Below are positions 37,466-51,064 of a stretch of DNA of 64,000 nucleotides, piece by piece. The DNA comes from Octopus sinensis (Eukaryota): contig NC_043024.1 in NCBI RefSeq assembly GCF_006345805.1, forward strand, positions 15,624,001 through 15,688,000, read 5' to 3'. The position numbers and the translations under genes were made by a program. The stretch's first letter is position 1, and every line of letters begins with the position of its first letter. The notes below the pieces were generated by a model, which was given only the letters and a program-made list of their open reading frames with translations, was not told the DNA's origin and searched no databases.

Positions 37466-37984
37466 TAAATCCTATTATTATGTTACCATCTATTAAAGCT
37501 GGCAGAATTATTTGAGTGGTGGATAAAGCTGCTTTGCGATATTCATTTTAGTGTTCTGCTCTCCCAGTTCAAATCCTGTTGGGGGTCAGCTTTTGTTTTT
37601 TATCTTTTTTAATTTTTAGGAGTGGAGGTGGGTGAGTGCAAGGGTTGATTCTTTCTCTCTCTCTCCCTCTCTCACTCTCACTTGATTTCCTTCTCTTCAA
37701 CGCCACCACCTCTACCAAAACCACCTCCACCATCACCACTGCTACTACTACCACAGCCACAAACAACTTCTCTTTCTACAATAACAACAATGATATAAGT
37801 ATTAGGTATAGATGTTGGTCTTTTGGAAAAGTTACAAGTTGAATGACTGGTAGTCTCTCCCAGAGGAGGTGAATTTCTCCTCCAAGTGAAGGGAAACTGG
37901 AATTAAATATTATAGAAACAACACATTGAGATTTATGAGTATATCTATAGAGCAGGTGGCAAATTCTATTATTGCAGTTGGGCT

Positions 37985-38160
37985 ATCTGACTACTTGACT
38001 ACTTGACTATTTGACTACTTGATCAATTGATTACTTGATATTTGATCATTTGACAACCTGACTATCTGACTACTTAACCATCTGACTATCTAACCACCTG
38101 ACTGTTTCACTATTTGACAATTTGACAACATGGCAACCTGAGTGTTTAACTACTTGACCA
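37985..38160. repeat. Degenerate 8-bp tandem repeat (GACTACTT)n
   Basis: Directly visible. Confidence 0.8.
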
Positions 38161-38462
38161 CTTCACTACTCTCTCTCTCTCTCTCTCCCTCTCTCTTTTA
38201 CACATCCTCATTTTTTTGTACATTCTTCCTCACTCACTCTCTTTTCTCTCTCCTACTCCACCACTCCACCTATCTTACCAACTCCCTCTCTCTCCCTATG
38301 TGTGTGTGCGCGTATGTGTGTCTATGTATGTGTGTATGTGTATAGGCTGTGGTAAAAGACACTTGTCTGGGATATCCACAAAATACTACTACTACTATAT
38401 GTGTGTTTGTATGCATAAATATATGCATATGTATGTGTGTATATATATATATATATATACAC

Positions 38463-38495
<33 letters not shown>

Positions 38496-38664
38496 TGTGT
38501 ATGTATATGTGTATGTGTGTGTGTGTGTGTGTTACTAGATATACAACACTGACACTATTTGACATAAAACCATTAATAATGCATCAATTCAATCAGTATT
38601 GATTGATACAGCATAAAAGCTACCACCACCACCACCACCACTACTACTATAAGCACCAGTACAA

Positions 38665-38676
38665 CTAAAGACAGGC

Positions 38677-38707
<31 letters not shown>

Positions 38708-38798
38708 TAAATAGATAGATCGATAGACAGACTGACAGACAGAGAGATCGATAGATAGATAGATAGACCGACAGACAAAGAGATAGATAGATAGATCA

Positions 38799-38840
<42 letters not shown>

Positions 38841-38841
38841 T

Positions 38842-38912
<71 letters not shown>

Positions 38913-39180
38913 GGATAGACTGATTGGCAGGCAGACAGTTAGATGGAGAAATAGACAAATAGATAAATAGACAAGCAGATACAAAGACAAACAGACTTTC
39001 AGTGGGATGGATGGACACAGGGACGAATGGGCAGACAGACAGACAAACAGGCAGACAGACAGGCAGACAGATAGATAGATAGACAAATTGACAGACAGAC
39101 TAATAAAAAGATAGATAGACAAATCAACAGACAGATAGACCAGATTGATAGAGAGACAGATATAGATCCATAGCTGTATC
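38665..39180. repeat. (TAGA)n/(CAGA)n microsatellite
   Basis: Directly visible. Confidence 0.95.
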
Positions 39181-39379
39181 ATTGGTTACAAAAGTATGAT
39201 ACTTCCCAACCAGCTAACATTTGCAACACACTTAGAAGACAATAAAATCAGACTCACAGTACACCACTTAACATAAAAGATATACAAAACAAAATAACAA
39301 AACACTAGCACACAACGCATTTGTACTTTACAGAATTTCTCACAGAGACAATTGATGATAAGAGAAAATACTAAATACT

Positions 39380-39930
39380 GCATCACAATGTTTAAACAAA
39401 CACATACATAACAATAAATAATCACAAACAAAACAAACTCACATATAACGCTAAATAACCATAAACAAAACACACTTATATGTAACACTAAATAATCACA
39501 AACAAAACAAATTCACACACAATACTAAATAATCACACACAAACAAACTGATACATAACACTAAATAATCACAAACAAAACACAGTTATACATAACACTA
39601 AACAATCACAAACAAAACAAACTCACATACAACATTGAATAATCACAAACAAAACTCTTATACATAAGACTAAATAATCAGAAATAAAACAAACTTATAT
39701 ATAACCCAAAATAATGACAAACAAAACAATTTCACACATAACACTAAACAATCACAAACGAAACAAACTCTTACATAACACTAAATAATCACAAAAAAAA
39801 ACACAGTTATGCATAACAGTTAATAATCCCAAACAAAACAACTCACATATAACATTAAATAATCACAAACAAAACACTTATACACAAAACACAATTATAC
39901 ATAACACTAAATAATCACAAACAAAACATG
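39380..39930. repeat. ~33-bp minisatellite (cataacactaaataatcacaaacaaaacaaact)
   Basis: Directly visible degenerate array. Confidence 0.9.
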
Positions 39931-40344
39931 TCCGGATTACCGATGGAAAATGCTAAGTTATCTTTTGGAAAATGGAAATTCTACCAGTAATGTTAATATC
40001 AATGGTTTATCACACTGGCCCCTATAAACTATAAAAAGGTAGAGGTAGAGAGTGCCATATCGGCACCAACCATTTCCTATATAAGATAAGGCTATATAAG
40101 TTTAGCAATATCTACTGACGGAATTGGGAACTTTTGCTGTCCCAGACAAATATAATTAAGGGAGTCACATGGCAACACGAGGGGAAAAAACTTTGAGAGT
40201 AGAAGAAAGATTAGGCAAAACTCCTGGGCTTTCTAAAGCATAATGGGAAGAAAGGCTATTTTCAGGTATCAAAGGATCAAAGGTCCCTCCCAAGCCATAG
40301 GTTCATACGGACAATTTCCCAGATTCTGTGGTGTATATATTTCC

Positions 40345-40520
40345 CGCTGGAGGGGACACTGGTCAATTACAGGATTGATCAATTTTGTCAGCTGAGTGGA
40401 CAGAACGAATGTGAACTGAAGTGTTTTGCTCAAGAAGACAACACATTGCCTGGTTCAGAAATTGAAACCACAATCTTACAACCATGAGTGAAACTTGCTA
40501 ACTACTAAGCCAGGCATATA
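40345..40520 (-). mobile_element. SINE family C
   Basis: Matches 11870-12065. Confidence 0.7.
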
Positions 40521-40636
40521 CATGACTGCTGGACCTTTGAATTACAGGCTTCTGCACACTATCCATTTATCTATTTTAGATAAAAGCTGTGGTAGAAGAC
40601 ACTTGTCTGGGATATCCAAAAAATACTACTACTACA

Positions 40637-40670
<34 letters not shown>

Positions 40671-40697
40671 TTAATAATAATAATAATAATAATAATA

Positions 40698-40910
40698 ATC
40701 CTTTCTACTATAGACACAAAGCCTGAAATTTGGGGGAGGAGGATAGTCGATTACACCGACCCTAGTGTGTAACTAGTACTTATTTAAATAACCCCAAATG
40801 GATGAAAGGCAAAGTTGACCTCAACGGAATTTGAACTTAGAAGATAGCGGCAGATGAAATACTGCTAATTATTTCACCTGGTGTGCTAACACCTCTGCCA
40901 GCTCACCGCT
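40698..40910 (-). mobile_element. SINE family A variant
   Basis: Reverse-complement core and head. Confidence 0.75.
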
Positions 40911-41379
40911 TTATATTATTATTATACTGATGATGATGATGATGACGACGACGACAACAGCGGCGATGATGATGATGGTGATGTCCTGAATGGTAAATGA
41001 CCAAACCTTAATAAGTTTATAATTAAAAGAAAAATAATCAAAGTTAAAAAAAAAAAGGAAAAAAATTGATTATTCAGACTTTCCTTTGCTGTATTGACTA
41101 AACCAAACTATTGAACTGTAAATTATTGATACAGATATATTTAATAAGATATATTGATTGATTTGTATAATTATGATTATGTTCAGTTTTGAGAAAAATA
41201 CATTATCTCCCAGTCCCCTCCTTGACTTCTACTCTACCAATCCTTCTTCCCCACCACACTCTGTCTCCCACTTGTACTCTCTCACACTCTCTCTGCTTCT
41301 GCTTTTTTTCTTTCTCATTCACCTCTATTAACTTCATCGTATGGTCTCTCTTTTATTCATATTCTTTCTTCTCTCATAT

Positions 41380-42930
41380 CTCTCAAGGTTCATTATATCT
41401 CTCTCTCAAGGTCATTCTCTCATCTCATCCTCAATGCTATACAGTTCTCCTCTATCTCTCTCAAGTCATTCTCTCTCTCATCCTCCATGTCTCCAGTCTC
41501 TCTCTCTCTCTCTCAAGTCATTCTCTCTATCACTCCATGTCTCCCAGTCCTCTCTCTCTCTCAAGTCATTCTCTCTCCTATCCTACAATCGGTCTCACAG
41601 TCTATCTAATATCTCTCAATCTCTTCTCTATCTCATTCTCCATGTCTCCCAGTCTCTCTCTCTCTCTCTCAAGTCATTCTCTCTCTCATCCTCCATGTCT
41701 CAAAGCTCTCTCTCTCTCTCAGTCATTCTCTCTCTCATTCCTCAATGTCTCCAAGTCTCTCTCTCTATCTCAAGTCATTATATCTCTCATTCTCAATATC
41801 TCCCAGTCTCTCTCTCTCTCAAGTCATTCTCTCTCTCATCTCCATGTCTCCCAGTCTCTCTCTCTCTAAAGTCATTCTCTCTCTCATCCTCCATGTCTCA
41901 GTCTCATACTCTCCTCTATCAAGTCACTCTCTCTCATCCCCATGTCTCCCAGTCTCTCTCTCTCTCTCAAGTCATTCTCTCTCTCATTCTCCATGTCTCC
42001 CAGTCTCTCTCTATACTCTCTCAAGTCTCTCTCTCTCATCCTCCATGTCTCCCAGTCCCTCTCTCTCTCTCAAGTCATTTCTCTCCATCTCTCATGTCTC
42101 CAGTCTCTCTCTCTCTCTCAAGTCATTCTCTCTCTCATTCTCCATATCTCCAGTCTCTCTCTCTCTCAAGTCATTCTCTCTCATCCCTCTCCATGTATCC
42201 AAGTCTCTCTATCTCTCTCAAGTTCATTCTCTCTCTCATCCTCCATGTCTCCCAGTCTCTCTCTCTCTCTCAAGTCATTCTCTCTCTCATTCTCCATGTC
42301 TCCCAGTCTCTCTCTCTCTCTCAAGTCATTCTCTCTCTCATCCTCCATGTCTCCCAGTCCCTCTCTCTCTCTCAAGTCATTCTCTCTCTCATCCTCCATG
42401 TCTCCCAGTCTCTCTCTCTCTCTCAAGTCATTCTCTCTCTCATTCTCCATATCTCCCAGTCTCTCTCTCTCTCTCAAGTCATTCTCTCTCTCATCCTCCA
42501 TGTCTCCCAGTCTCTCTCTCTCTCAAGTCATTCTCTATCAATTCTCATGTCCCAGTCTCCCAGTCTCTACTCTCTCTCTCTCTCAAGTCATTCTCTCTCT
42601 CATCCTCCATGTCTCCCAGTCTCTCTCTCTCTCTCAAGTCATTCTCTCTCTCATCCTCCATGTCTCCCAGTCTCTCTCTCTCTCTCTCAAGTCATTCTCT
42701 CTCATCCTCCATGTCTCCCAGTCTCTCTCTCTCTCTCAAGTCATTCTCTCTCTCATCCTCCATGTCTCCCAGTCTCTCTCTCTCTCTCAAGTCATTCTCT
42801 CTCTCATCCTCCATGTCTCCCAGTCTCTCTCTCTCTCTCAAGTCATTCTCTCTCTCATCCTCCATGTCTCCCAGTTTCTCTCTCTCTCTCTCTCTCACAA
42901 GTCTTTCTCATTCTCCATGTCTCAAGTCTT
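41380..42930. repeat. ~45-bp pyrimidine-rich minisatellite (caagtcattctctctctcatcctccatgtctcccagt(ct)n)
   Basis: Roughly 30 or more units with a variable (CT)n; continues as CT-rich low-complexity DNA to ~43580. Confidence 0.95.
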
Positions 42931-43829
42931 TCACTCATCTCTATGCCTCTTAGCCTCTCTCTCTCTCCCTCTCACCCTCAAGTCTGTCTCTCCCTCTGCA
43001 TGGCTCTCAGTCTCTCTTTATCTCTCTGTCTCTCCTCTCTTTTGTTCATCTTCTCACTGTCTCAAGTTTCTCTCTTTCACTCCCTTATGTCTCTCAGTCT
43101 TTCTCCCCTCTCTCTCTGTCACTCTGTGCCTCTTGATCTTTCTCTCCCTCTCTCACACTCTCTCTCTCACTTTTTCTATTTCTCTCAATCTTTCTCTTTC
43201 TCTCTCTCTCTCTCACTTTTTATATCCTTTTCTCTGTCTCCTCCCTCTCTCTTTCTCTCCTCCTTCCCTCCTTCCCTCCTCCCTCTCTTTCTCCTTCTCT
43301 CCTCCCTCTCTCTTTCTCTCCTCCTTCCCTCCTTCTCTCCTCCCTCCCTTCCTCCTTCTCTCCTCCTCTCTTTCCTCCATATCTAACTCACCCATCATTA
43401 CTAATTAATTCCTTTTCCCTGTCTCATTTCTCACCAACCGTTCCCTCTTTTTCTCCTTTCCTCTCTCTCTCTCCCTCTCCTCCCTCTCCCCCTAATTTTT
43501 TCCTCTCTCTCTTTCTCCTACTGTTTCTGTCTCACTTTCAATATCTCTCACTTAACTTCACTTTCCTTCTCTCTCTCTCACTCTCCCATAAGTAACATAT
43601 GTGAATATGATTAGTTCATATTTACAAGGGAAGGCTCATGGCTCAGTGGTCACAGCAGTGTTTTTCAACCTTTTAACCCTTGCATAACCCTTAAAATAAA
43701 TTACATGTCTCAAGGAACCCCTGCACAAAAAATTATATACCATACCTTTCTCAAAGTTTTTCATTGTAGTTCACATGGTTTTTTTAATATATATATATAG
43801 AGAGAGCAAAGTTTACAATGCCGCATATG

Positions 43830-43863
<34 letters not shown>

Positions 43864-43877
43864 ATATATTTATATTG

Positions 43878-44226
43878 AATCGAATTGAACCAGCCAGGAT
43901 CCCTGGTCTGGGGGACGTAAAAAGCACTATCGACTCGTGGCCGATGCCAGCGCCGCCTCGACTGGCTTCTGTGCCGGTGGCACATAAAATACACCAAATC
44001 CGACCGTGGCCGTTGCCAGCCTCGCCTTGCACCTGTGCAGGTGGCACGTAAAAAGCACCCACTACACTCACGGAGTGGTTGGCGTTAGGAAGGGCATCCA
44101 GCTGTAGAAACATTGCCAGATAAGACTGGAGCTGGTGTAGCCTTCTGGCTTCCCAGATCCCCGGTCAAACCGTCCAACCCATGCTAGCATGGAGAACGGA
44201 CGTTAAACGATGATGATGATGATGAT
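43878..44226 (+). mobile_element. RTE LINE 3' UTR
   Basis: Tandem units, ggttggcgttaggaagggcatcc, GAT tail. Confidence 0.85.
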
Positions 44227-44254
44227 ATTCTGATTGACAGTATACAACCATTCT

Positions 44255-44319
<65 letters not shown>

Positions 44320-45099
44320 TATAAAATAGAAAATGGGACAAGAACGCAAAACATCTGGACAGTTAGGTGATACAAGAAAGGGACAGCAAAACATCCAGAT
44401 AGACGATACAAAGAAAACAAGGATGGGTCATTCGAAGTCCTCTATCCTCAGTCAAGAACCATATTATCCTCGCAATTTCAGCTGATTATTCTTGAGATTG
44501 CTCCAATCTGGCCAGCCCCAAGGGAAAACTAAGCTAAGAGCATTAGATTCCCTGGAAGAAAGCAGCGAATGTATACAAAAACAAGGAAGGAGAAAACGGA
44601 GAAATGTTACACAAATACAAATGCAATAAAGATAATAACAGGACATAACAACAGGTGTCTTTCGACTAAGGATGAAATGAATTAAGCTGGCGCATGTGGA
44701 AATGAAGCCTTACGGCAGAGATACAAAGATTTCACAAACACAGAGAAGAATATCAATGTTGCATGGACGGCGGTCAGACAAAGAAAGAAAGAGCAGGCTA
44801 GGGTGACCGGCGGTCACATAGGAAGAGAAGAGAGAGAAGTATAAGCAGAGGGACAGAAGAATTAAGGAGGGGTGAAAAAAAAGGACAGGGACACAGTGAA
44901 GTGAAAAGTGGAGGGAAAGTGAGTAAGAAGAGAAGGCAAAGAAATGAAGAAATGGGAGAGAGGGGGGACGAAAGAACGAAGAGTGGAATGAACGAATTAG
45001 CATGAAAGGGTTGATAGACAGACAGAAATAAAGTCGTACGAGATTTAGAAAAATGTGTATTTACATATGAGAGAGCAAAGTGTACGCACACCACTATAT

Positions 45100-45482
45100 A
45101 TATCATCATCATCATCATCATCGTTTAACGTCCGCTTTCCATGCTAGCATGGGTTGGACGGTCCAACTGGGGTCTGGGAAGCCAGAAAGCTGCACCAGGC
45201 CCAGTCCGATCTGGCAGTATTTCTACAGCTGGATGCCCTTCCTAACGCGAACCACTTCATGAGTGTAGTGGGTGCTTTTTACATGCCACCGGCACAGGTG
45301 CCAAGCGAGGCTGGCAAACGGCCACGATCGGATGGTGCTTTTTATGTGCCACCAGCACAGAGACCAGACGAAGCTGGCAATGGCCACGATCAGATGGTGC
45401 TTTTTACGTGCCACCGGCACGGAGGCCAGTCAGGGCAGCGCTGGCTACGGCCATGTTTGGATGGTTCTCTTACGTGCCACCG
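45100..45482 (-). mobile_element. RTE LINE 3' UTR
   Basis: Reverse complement of the same UTR. Confidence 0.85.
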
Positions 45483-45844
45483 GCAAAATACAAAATGGGA
45501 CAAGAACGCAAAACATCCGGATGGCTAGGTGATACAAAAAGGGAAAGACACCTGTTGTTATCACCTGTTATTATTTTTATTGTATTTATTATTGTATTAT
45601 CAGTGATTCTTATATATTTATATATATTGTATGATTTTTATCTACTTATATATATTATTATATTTATAGATGTCAAATTTTATATCCGTTCTGTAGATAT
45701 AAATGAATATATGAATATATGTATTTGATCTTTGAGTGTGGATCTTAGTAATGTTCCTTTAGTTCCTACTTGCATTGCCTCCACTCAAATATATACACAT
45801 ATGCATACATACATGCATACATACATAAATACATATATATATAT

Positions 45845-46058
45845 ATAACGGGAAGCTTTATGAAAATAAACAAAAGACAAAGGCAGGTGGAGTACAAACA
45901 AACAATTGTATTAGTATGACGCTCAGGAATATAAATAAAACAAGTCTTTTACGTTTCGAGCCTATGTTCTTCGACAGAAAGATACACAGAAAAGAAACAC
46001 GGAGAGAAACAAGGAGAGAAAAAAAGTGTGTGCAGCAGCTAGCGATTCAACATGGCGA

Positions 46059-46060
<2 letters not shown>
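45845..46060 (-). mobile_element. pLTR-like repeat with a CUGUCGA hammerhead motif (45946-45981)
   Basis: Reverse complement: cttt-ctgtcga-a-gaac(atag)gctc-gaaa-cg-ta-aaag. Confidence 0.65.
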
Positions 46061-46095
<35 letters not shown>

Positions 46096-46187
46096 TTCAA
46101 CAATTGAGGGTAAAATTAATTAATTAATCAATTTCACCAAGTATTCAGTATGCAAAGGGACCATTTAAGGCGAATTCAAATTATTAC

Positions 46188-46877
46188 ATTATATAAAAGG
46201 GCTTAGTAAAATAAATTACTTTGCCGCATACTGAACTCATTAGAAATAGCAGCTAAAAAAACTTTTTTTAAAACTATTTCTAATACTTAAAGAAAACCTC
46301 TCTCATATAGTGTTTGCTCAACTCAACTCACGCAAATATGGGGGTAGAGACATTAAAAAATCAAGTGCAAAGGTTATTTGAGAACGTTATTTGATTAATT
46401 TTACCCTCAATTGTTGAAATTATAATTCATCTCTCTCTATATAATGCCGCGGATTTTACCGAAAAAAGCATAGTGTTTACTGATTTTAACCCACGCTGGT
46501 GGAAAGGGGAGAGCAGAAATTCTTCGCTTGCATTTTTGAGTTTGTTGGCACTGTTAGTTACAAGCAGATCTTCAGAAGCGAGAGGAAGCCGAAAGGGTAT
46601 GCTCCCACTTTCAGTGTTTTCAAATCCAAACCAGGGAGTTCTGAGCTGATGATAGAAATGTCGACTTTGACTAATCTTGAAACGTACGTTCTCAAATAAC
46701 CTTTGCACTTGATTTTTTAATGTCTCTACCCCCATATTTGCGTGAGTTGAGTTGAGCAAACACTATATGAGAGAGGTTTTCTTTAAGTATTAGAAATAGT
46801 TTTAAAAAAAGTTTTTTTAGCTGCTATTTCTAATGAGTTTAGTATGCGGCAAAGTAATTTATTTTACTAAGCCCTTT

Positions 46878-46885
<8 letters not shown>
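46188..46885. mobile_element. Fold-back pLTR-like element: 200-bp inverted arms around a 298-bp spacer
   Basis: 46188-46387 is the reverse complement of 46686-46885; a shorter inverted pair lies at ~46093-46118 and ~46393-46420. Confidence 0.8.
46642..46694 (+). ncRNA. Type I hammerhead ribozyme motif
   Basis: tgag-ctgatga-taga..tctt-gaaa-cgtacg-tt-ctca; the base of stem II is a U-U mismatch. Confidence 0.65.
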
Positions 46886-46930
<45 letters not shown>

Positions 46931-46941
46931 TATATACATAT

Positions 46942-46989
<48 letters not shown>

Positions 46990-46990
<1 letters not shown>

Positions 46991-47975
46991 GTGCTGTGCG
47001 TGAGAAGACCCGGCAAGACTAGTCAGGCCATAACCCGTGGCCCCTACCTGGGACGTAGTCAGTCCACCTGTGCATACCTTCCTTCTTGTGACACTTGTGA
47101 AGACCTGTTGAGGCAAGTGAAAATCAAACAAAATCAAACAAAATCAAAATAGATGAACATCAATGGAATTTGTATCTTTGTGGTACCAGTGCCGGTGGCA
47201 CACAAGAATACCATCCGAACGTGGCCGTAGCCAGTACCGCACCGACTGGCCTCCATGCTGTGGGCACGTAACAATCACCATCCAATCGTGGCCGATCGCC
47301 AGCCTAATCTGGCTCCTGTGTCGGTGGCACATAAAAACACCATCCGAGCGTAGCCGTTCGCCAGCCTCGTCTGGCACCTGTGTCGGTGGCACATAAAAGC
47401 ACCATCCGAGCGTGGTCGTCTGCTAGCCTTGTCTGGCACCTGTGTCGGTGGCACATAAAAACACCATCCAAGCATGGCCGTTCGCCAGCCTCGTCTGGCA
47501 CCTGTGTCGGTGGCACATAAAAACACCATCCGAGCGTGCGGTGGCACATAAAAAACACCATCCGAGCGTGGTCGTCTGCTAGCCTTGTCTGGCACCTGTG
47601 TCGGTGGCACATAAAAACACCTTCCGAGCGTGGCCGTTCGCCAGCCTCGTCTGGCACCTGTGTCGGTGACACATAAAAAACACCATCCGAGCGTGGTCGT
47701 CTGCCAGCCTTGTCTGGCACCTGTGTCGGTGGCACATAAAAACACCATCCGAGCGTGGCCGTTCGCCAGCCTCGTCTGGCACCTGTGTCGGTGGCACATA
47801 AAATCACCCACTACACTCTCGGAGTGGTTGGCGTTAGGAAGGGTATCCAGCTGTAGAAACACTGCCAGATCTGACTGGCCTGGTGCAGCCTTCGGGCTCC
47901 CCAGACACCAGTTGAAGCGTCCAACCCATGCTAGCATGGAAAGCGGACGTTAATGATGATGATGATGATGATGAT
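46990..47975 (+). mobile_element. RTE LINE 3' end with an expanded 62-bp tandem array (~47280-47805)
   Basis: Begins at the ORF end (tgtgcgtgagaagacccggcaag); ends gttaatgatgatgat; long (TA)n on both sides. Confidence 0.9.
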
Positions 47976-47988
47976 ATATATATAATAT

Positions 47989-48095
<107 letters not shown>

Positions 48096-48749
48096 ACTGA
48101 ACTTTTGCACAGTTTCCATGTCTAATTTCACTCATAAAACAATCAGCAAATCTGAGGCTACAGTAAAAGACATTTCTCTCCAAGTGCCATATGGTAGGAT
48201 TGATCCCAGGACCCATATTGTTACAAATGAAGCATCTTAACCACACAGCCATGCCTTAGAAAGACTCCCGAAATATTTGAAATTTAAACAGAAGAGAGGC
48301 TTGTCAAACTAAGAAAGTGAACCAGCCTAGATTTCTCCAAATCTCTCTCTCATTCTCTGTCTCTTTCTCTTTTTCTTTCACTCTGTCTGTCTCTCTCTTT
48401 CTCTCTTTAACTCTCTTTGTCACCCTTTCCCCACTCCCTTTGAATGTTTGCATGTCTCTCCCTCCCTCTCTCTCTCTCTCCCACCCAGTCATTCTCTCTC
48501 TCCTTTCTACTCTTTTTGTCTCTCCCTTCTTCCTACTTTTTCTGTCTCTCTCTTTCTCCCCCCTACAACGTCTCTCTCTCTCTCTCTGCCACTCTATCTG
48601 AATTTTCCATCTTTCCTACTTTCTCTGTCTCTTTCTTTCCCACTCTGTCTATCTCTCTCTCTCTCTCTCTCAGTCCATGTTTCTCTCTCTTTATCATTCC
48701 CACACCATCTCTCTGTCCCACATGTCTCTCTCCCATTGTCTGTCTCTAC

Positions 48750-49090
<341 letters not shown>

Positions 49091-49489
49091 TCTATCTCTA
49101 AAAATTTCCATCCATCTCCAATAGCCTTCAATAACACTACTGAGTTATTAATCCCATTCTATATAATTTAAGAATGTTGTTTACAATTTCTGGACCATAC
49201 CAGTGAGTTCCTCTGAAAATACAACAGCAACGGACAAATGTCCAATGAATAGTTAATCCAAGCTAAGGATTAGCACAAAGAATAAAGATTTGTAATCAAT
49301 TGTTTTCGACTTTGATATGAAAATCTAACAATTGGACAGTTCGTTTTTTCTCTCTGTCGACTGGTTTAGTTTCACAAATCCACAAGATTACCAATATATA
49401 TATAAAACTTTGTTGTTGTGAAGACAAGGAGACACATGCACACTCATATACAAGCATATATGAAGCCACATACATGGTATGGCTGTGCA

Positions 49490-49850
49490 ATAAGAAGTTC
49501 GCTTCCTAACCACACTGGTTCTGGGTTCAATTCCCACCATGGAGCACCTTGGACTGACTGAAGCTTTGTGAATGGATTTGGTCGAGAGAAACTGAGTGAA
49601 GCCTGTCGTGTATATTCCTTTATTCTTCTATTCTTTTACTTGTTTCAGTCATCTGACTGTGGCCATACTGGAGCACCACTTTGAAGGGCTTTAGTTGAAT
49701 ATATTGATCCCAGTACTTACTTTGTAAATATTTTTTAAAGCCTATTCTATAGATCTCTTTGGCCAAACCACTAAGTTATGGTGACATAAACACACCAACA
49801 CCGGTTGTCAAGCAGTAAGGGAGGGACATATGCAGACACAATGACACACA
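49490..49850. mobile_element. SINE family B head (plus, 49490-49600) and tail (minus, 49620-49850)
   Basis: Match to 62659-63085. Confidence 0.7.
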
Positions 49851-49887
49851 CTCATATATATGTGTGTGTGTGTATATATATATTTAT

Positions 49888-50166
49888 TGGTATTTATAAA
49901 AGCTGAAGGCTTATTGTGATCACCGTGCAATGACTAAAGAAAATAGTCTAATAAAGGAGCATATAAGCTCTCAACAGAAAAAAGTAGGCTTTCCCATCTG
50001 TGTATAATGGTAACACACTTAGATGTGTTAACAAAGGGATGTGGGTTCGTCTCCAACACAGATAGGAAACCTTTTTTCTGTTGAGGGCTTATATGCCCCT
50101 TTATTAGACTATTTTCTTTAGTCATTGCACGGTGATCACAATAAGCTTTAAGTTTATATAAATACC
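49888..50166. repeat. Imperfect palindrome (~115-bp arms, 52-bp spacer); MITE-like or pLTR fold-back
   Basis: 49888-50003 is the reverse complement of 50056-50166. Confidence 0.85.
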
Positions 50167-50519
50167 ATTATTATTATTATTTACAGGATTGTAAAACTCA
50201 GCACTGTATAACAAAACCATTCACACACACACACACATATATATGACAGGTTTCTTTCAGTTTCTGTCGACCAAATCCACCCACAAGATTTTGATTAGCC
50301 AGAGGCTATACTAAAAGACACTTGCCCAAGATGCCACACAGTGGAGCTGAAGAAGGGCTTCAATATGTCAAAGACTCTTCCAGTTTTTTCTGAGCATTAT
50401 CCTTGTCTTTGTTTACTCACCTGTCTGTGTCTTTTGTTTTTTATACAATTCTGAACTCTGTGTGTGTGTGTGGGGTTAATAACCCAGTGTAGAACTCCAT
50501 ATATATATGTACGTTTCAG

Positions 50520-50576
50520 ATCAAAGTGCTCGATGAGTGTAGAGTGCTTATAAGAGAAAAAGATGACACAGGAAAA
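50520..50576 (+). CDS. Candidate exon (IKVLDECRVLIREKDDTGK)
   Basis: gtttcag acceptor; gtaatg donor; phase 0-0. Confidence 0.3.
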
Positions 50577-51014
50577 GTAATGGTTATGCCATGAACATCA
50601 TTAGCTTACAGCTAATGGGAAGAAAAGAAGAATTATGGTTATTTCTACAGAAATTATGGTGGCTATGATTTCTGTAGAAATAACTTTAACAAAATAATGT
50701 AAAGAGCACTGCTAACACAGTAAGACGTAGTGTTGACTCATAAAATCCTTTAATATACTTTATAGAATTTTATGGTTGCATAACAAAATACCACATGCCT
50801 TCAAGTCATTATAAAGAATTACATTTTAGCAATATATAGGGAAAATATTTTTCCCAAACAAAGTGCACTGCATATGTGATGTTCTGATGAAGCTACACCA
50901 TGTTATTCAGGCACTCAACTAAGAATCCATTACATCTTATAGTAACAGAAACAGTTGTCAGCTGAGGTTCATAAAATAATCATCATTTTTCCAGTGTCAT
51001 TTCTTTTCCTTATG

Positions 51015-51047
<33 letters not shown>

Positions 51048-51064
51048 CATACAAATATATAATT

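Noticed and set aside
39930-40345. Unique-looking segment as a LINE or exon remnant
   Set aside because: No recognisable motif and stops in the frames examined
41189-43408. Long ORFs of 226-681 aa and the MEDERENDLRERERLGD repeat peptide
   Set aside because: Translations of a CT-rich minisatellite; open in several frames at once because stop codons are rare
47280-47805. CRISPR-like appearance of the 62-bp array
   Set aside because: Contiguous tandem units with no unique spacers, inside a LINE UTR, and no cas genes
50638-50684. 17-bp-stem hairpin resembling a terminator or pre-miRNA
   Set aside because: Isolated, AT-rich and single copy; bacterial-type terminators are irrelevant here and the stem is short for a pre-miRNA
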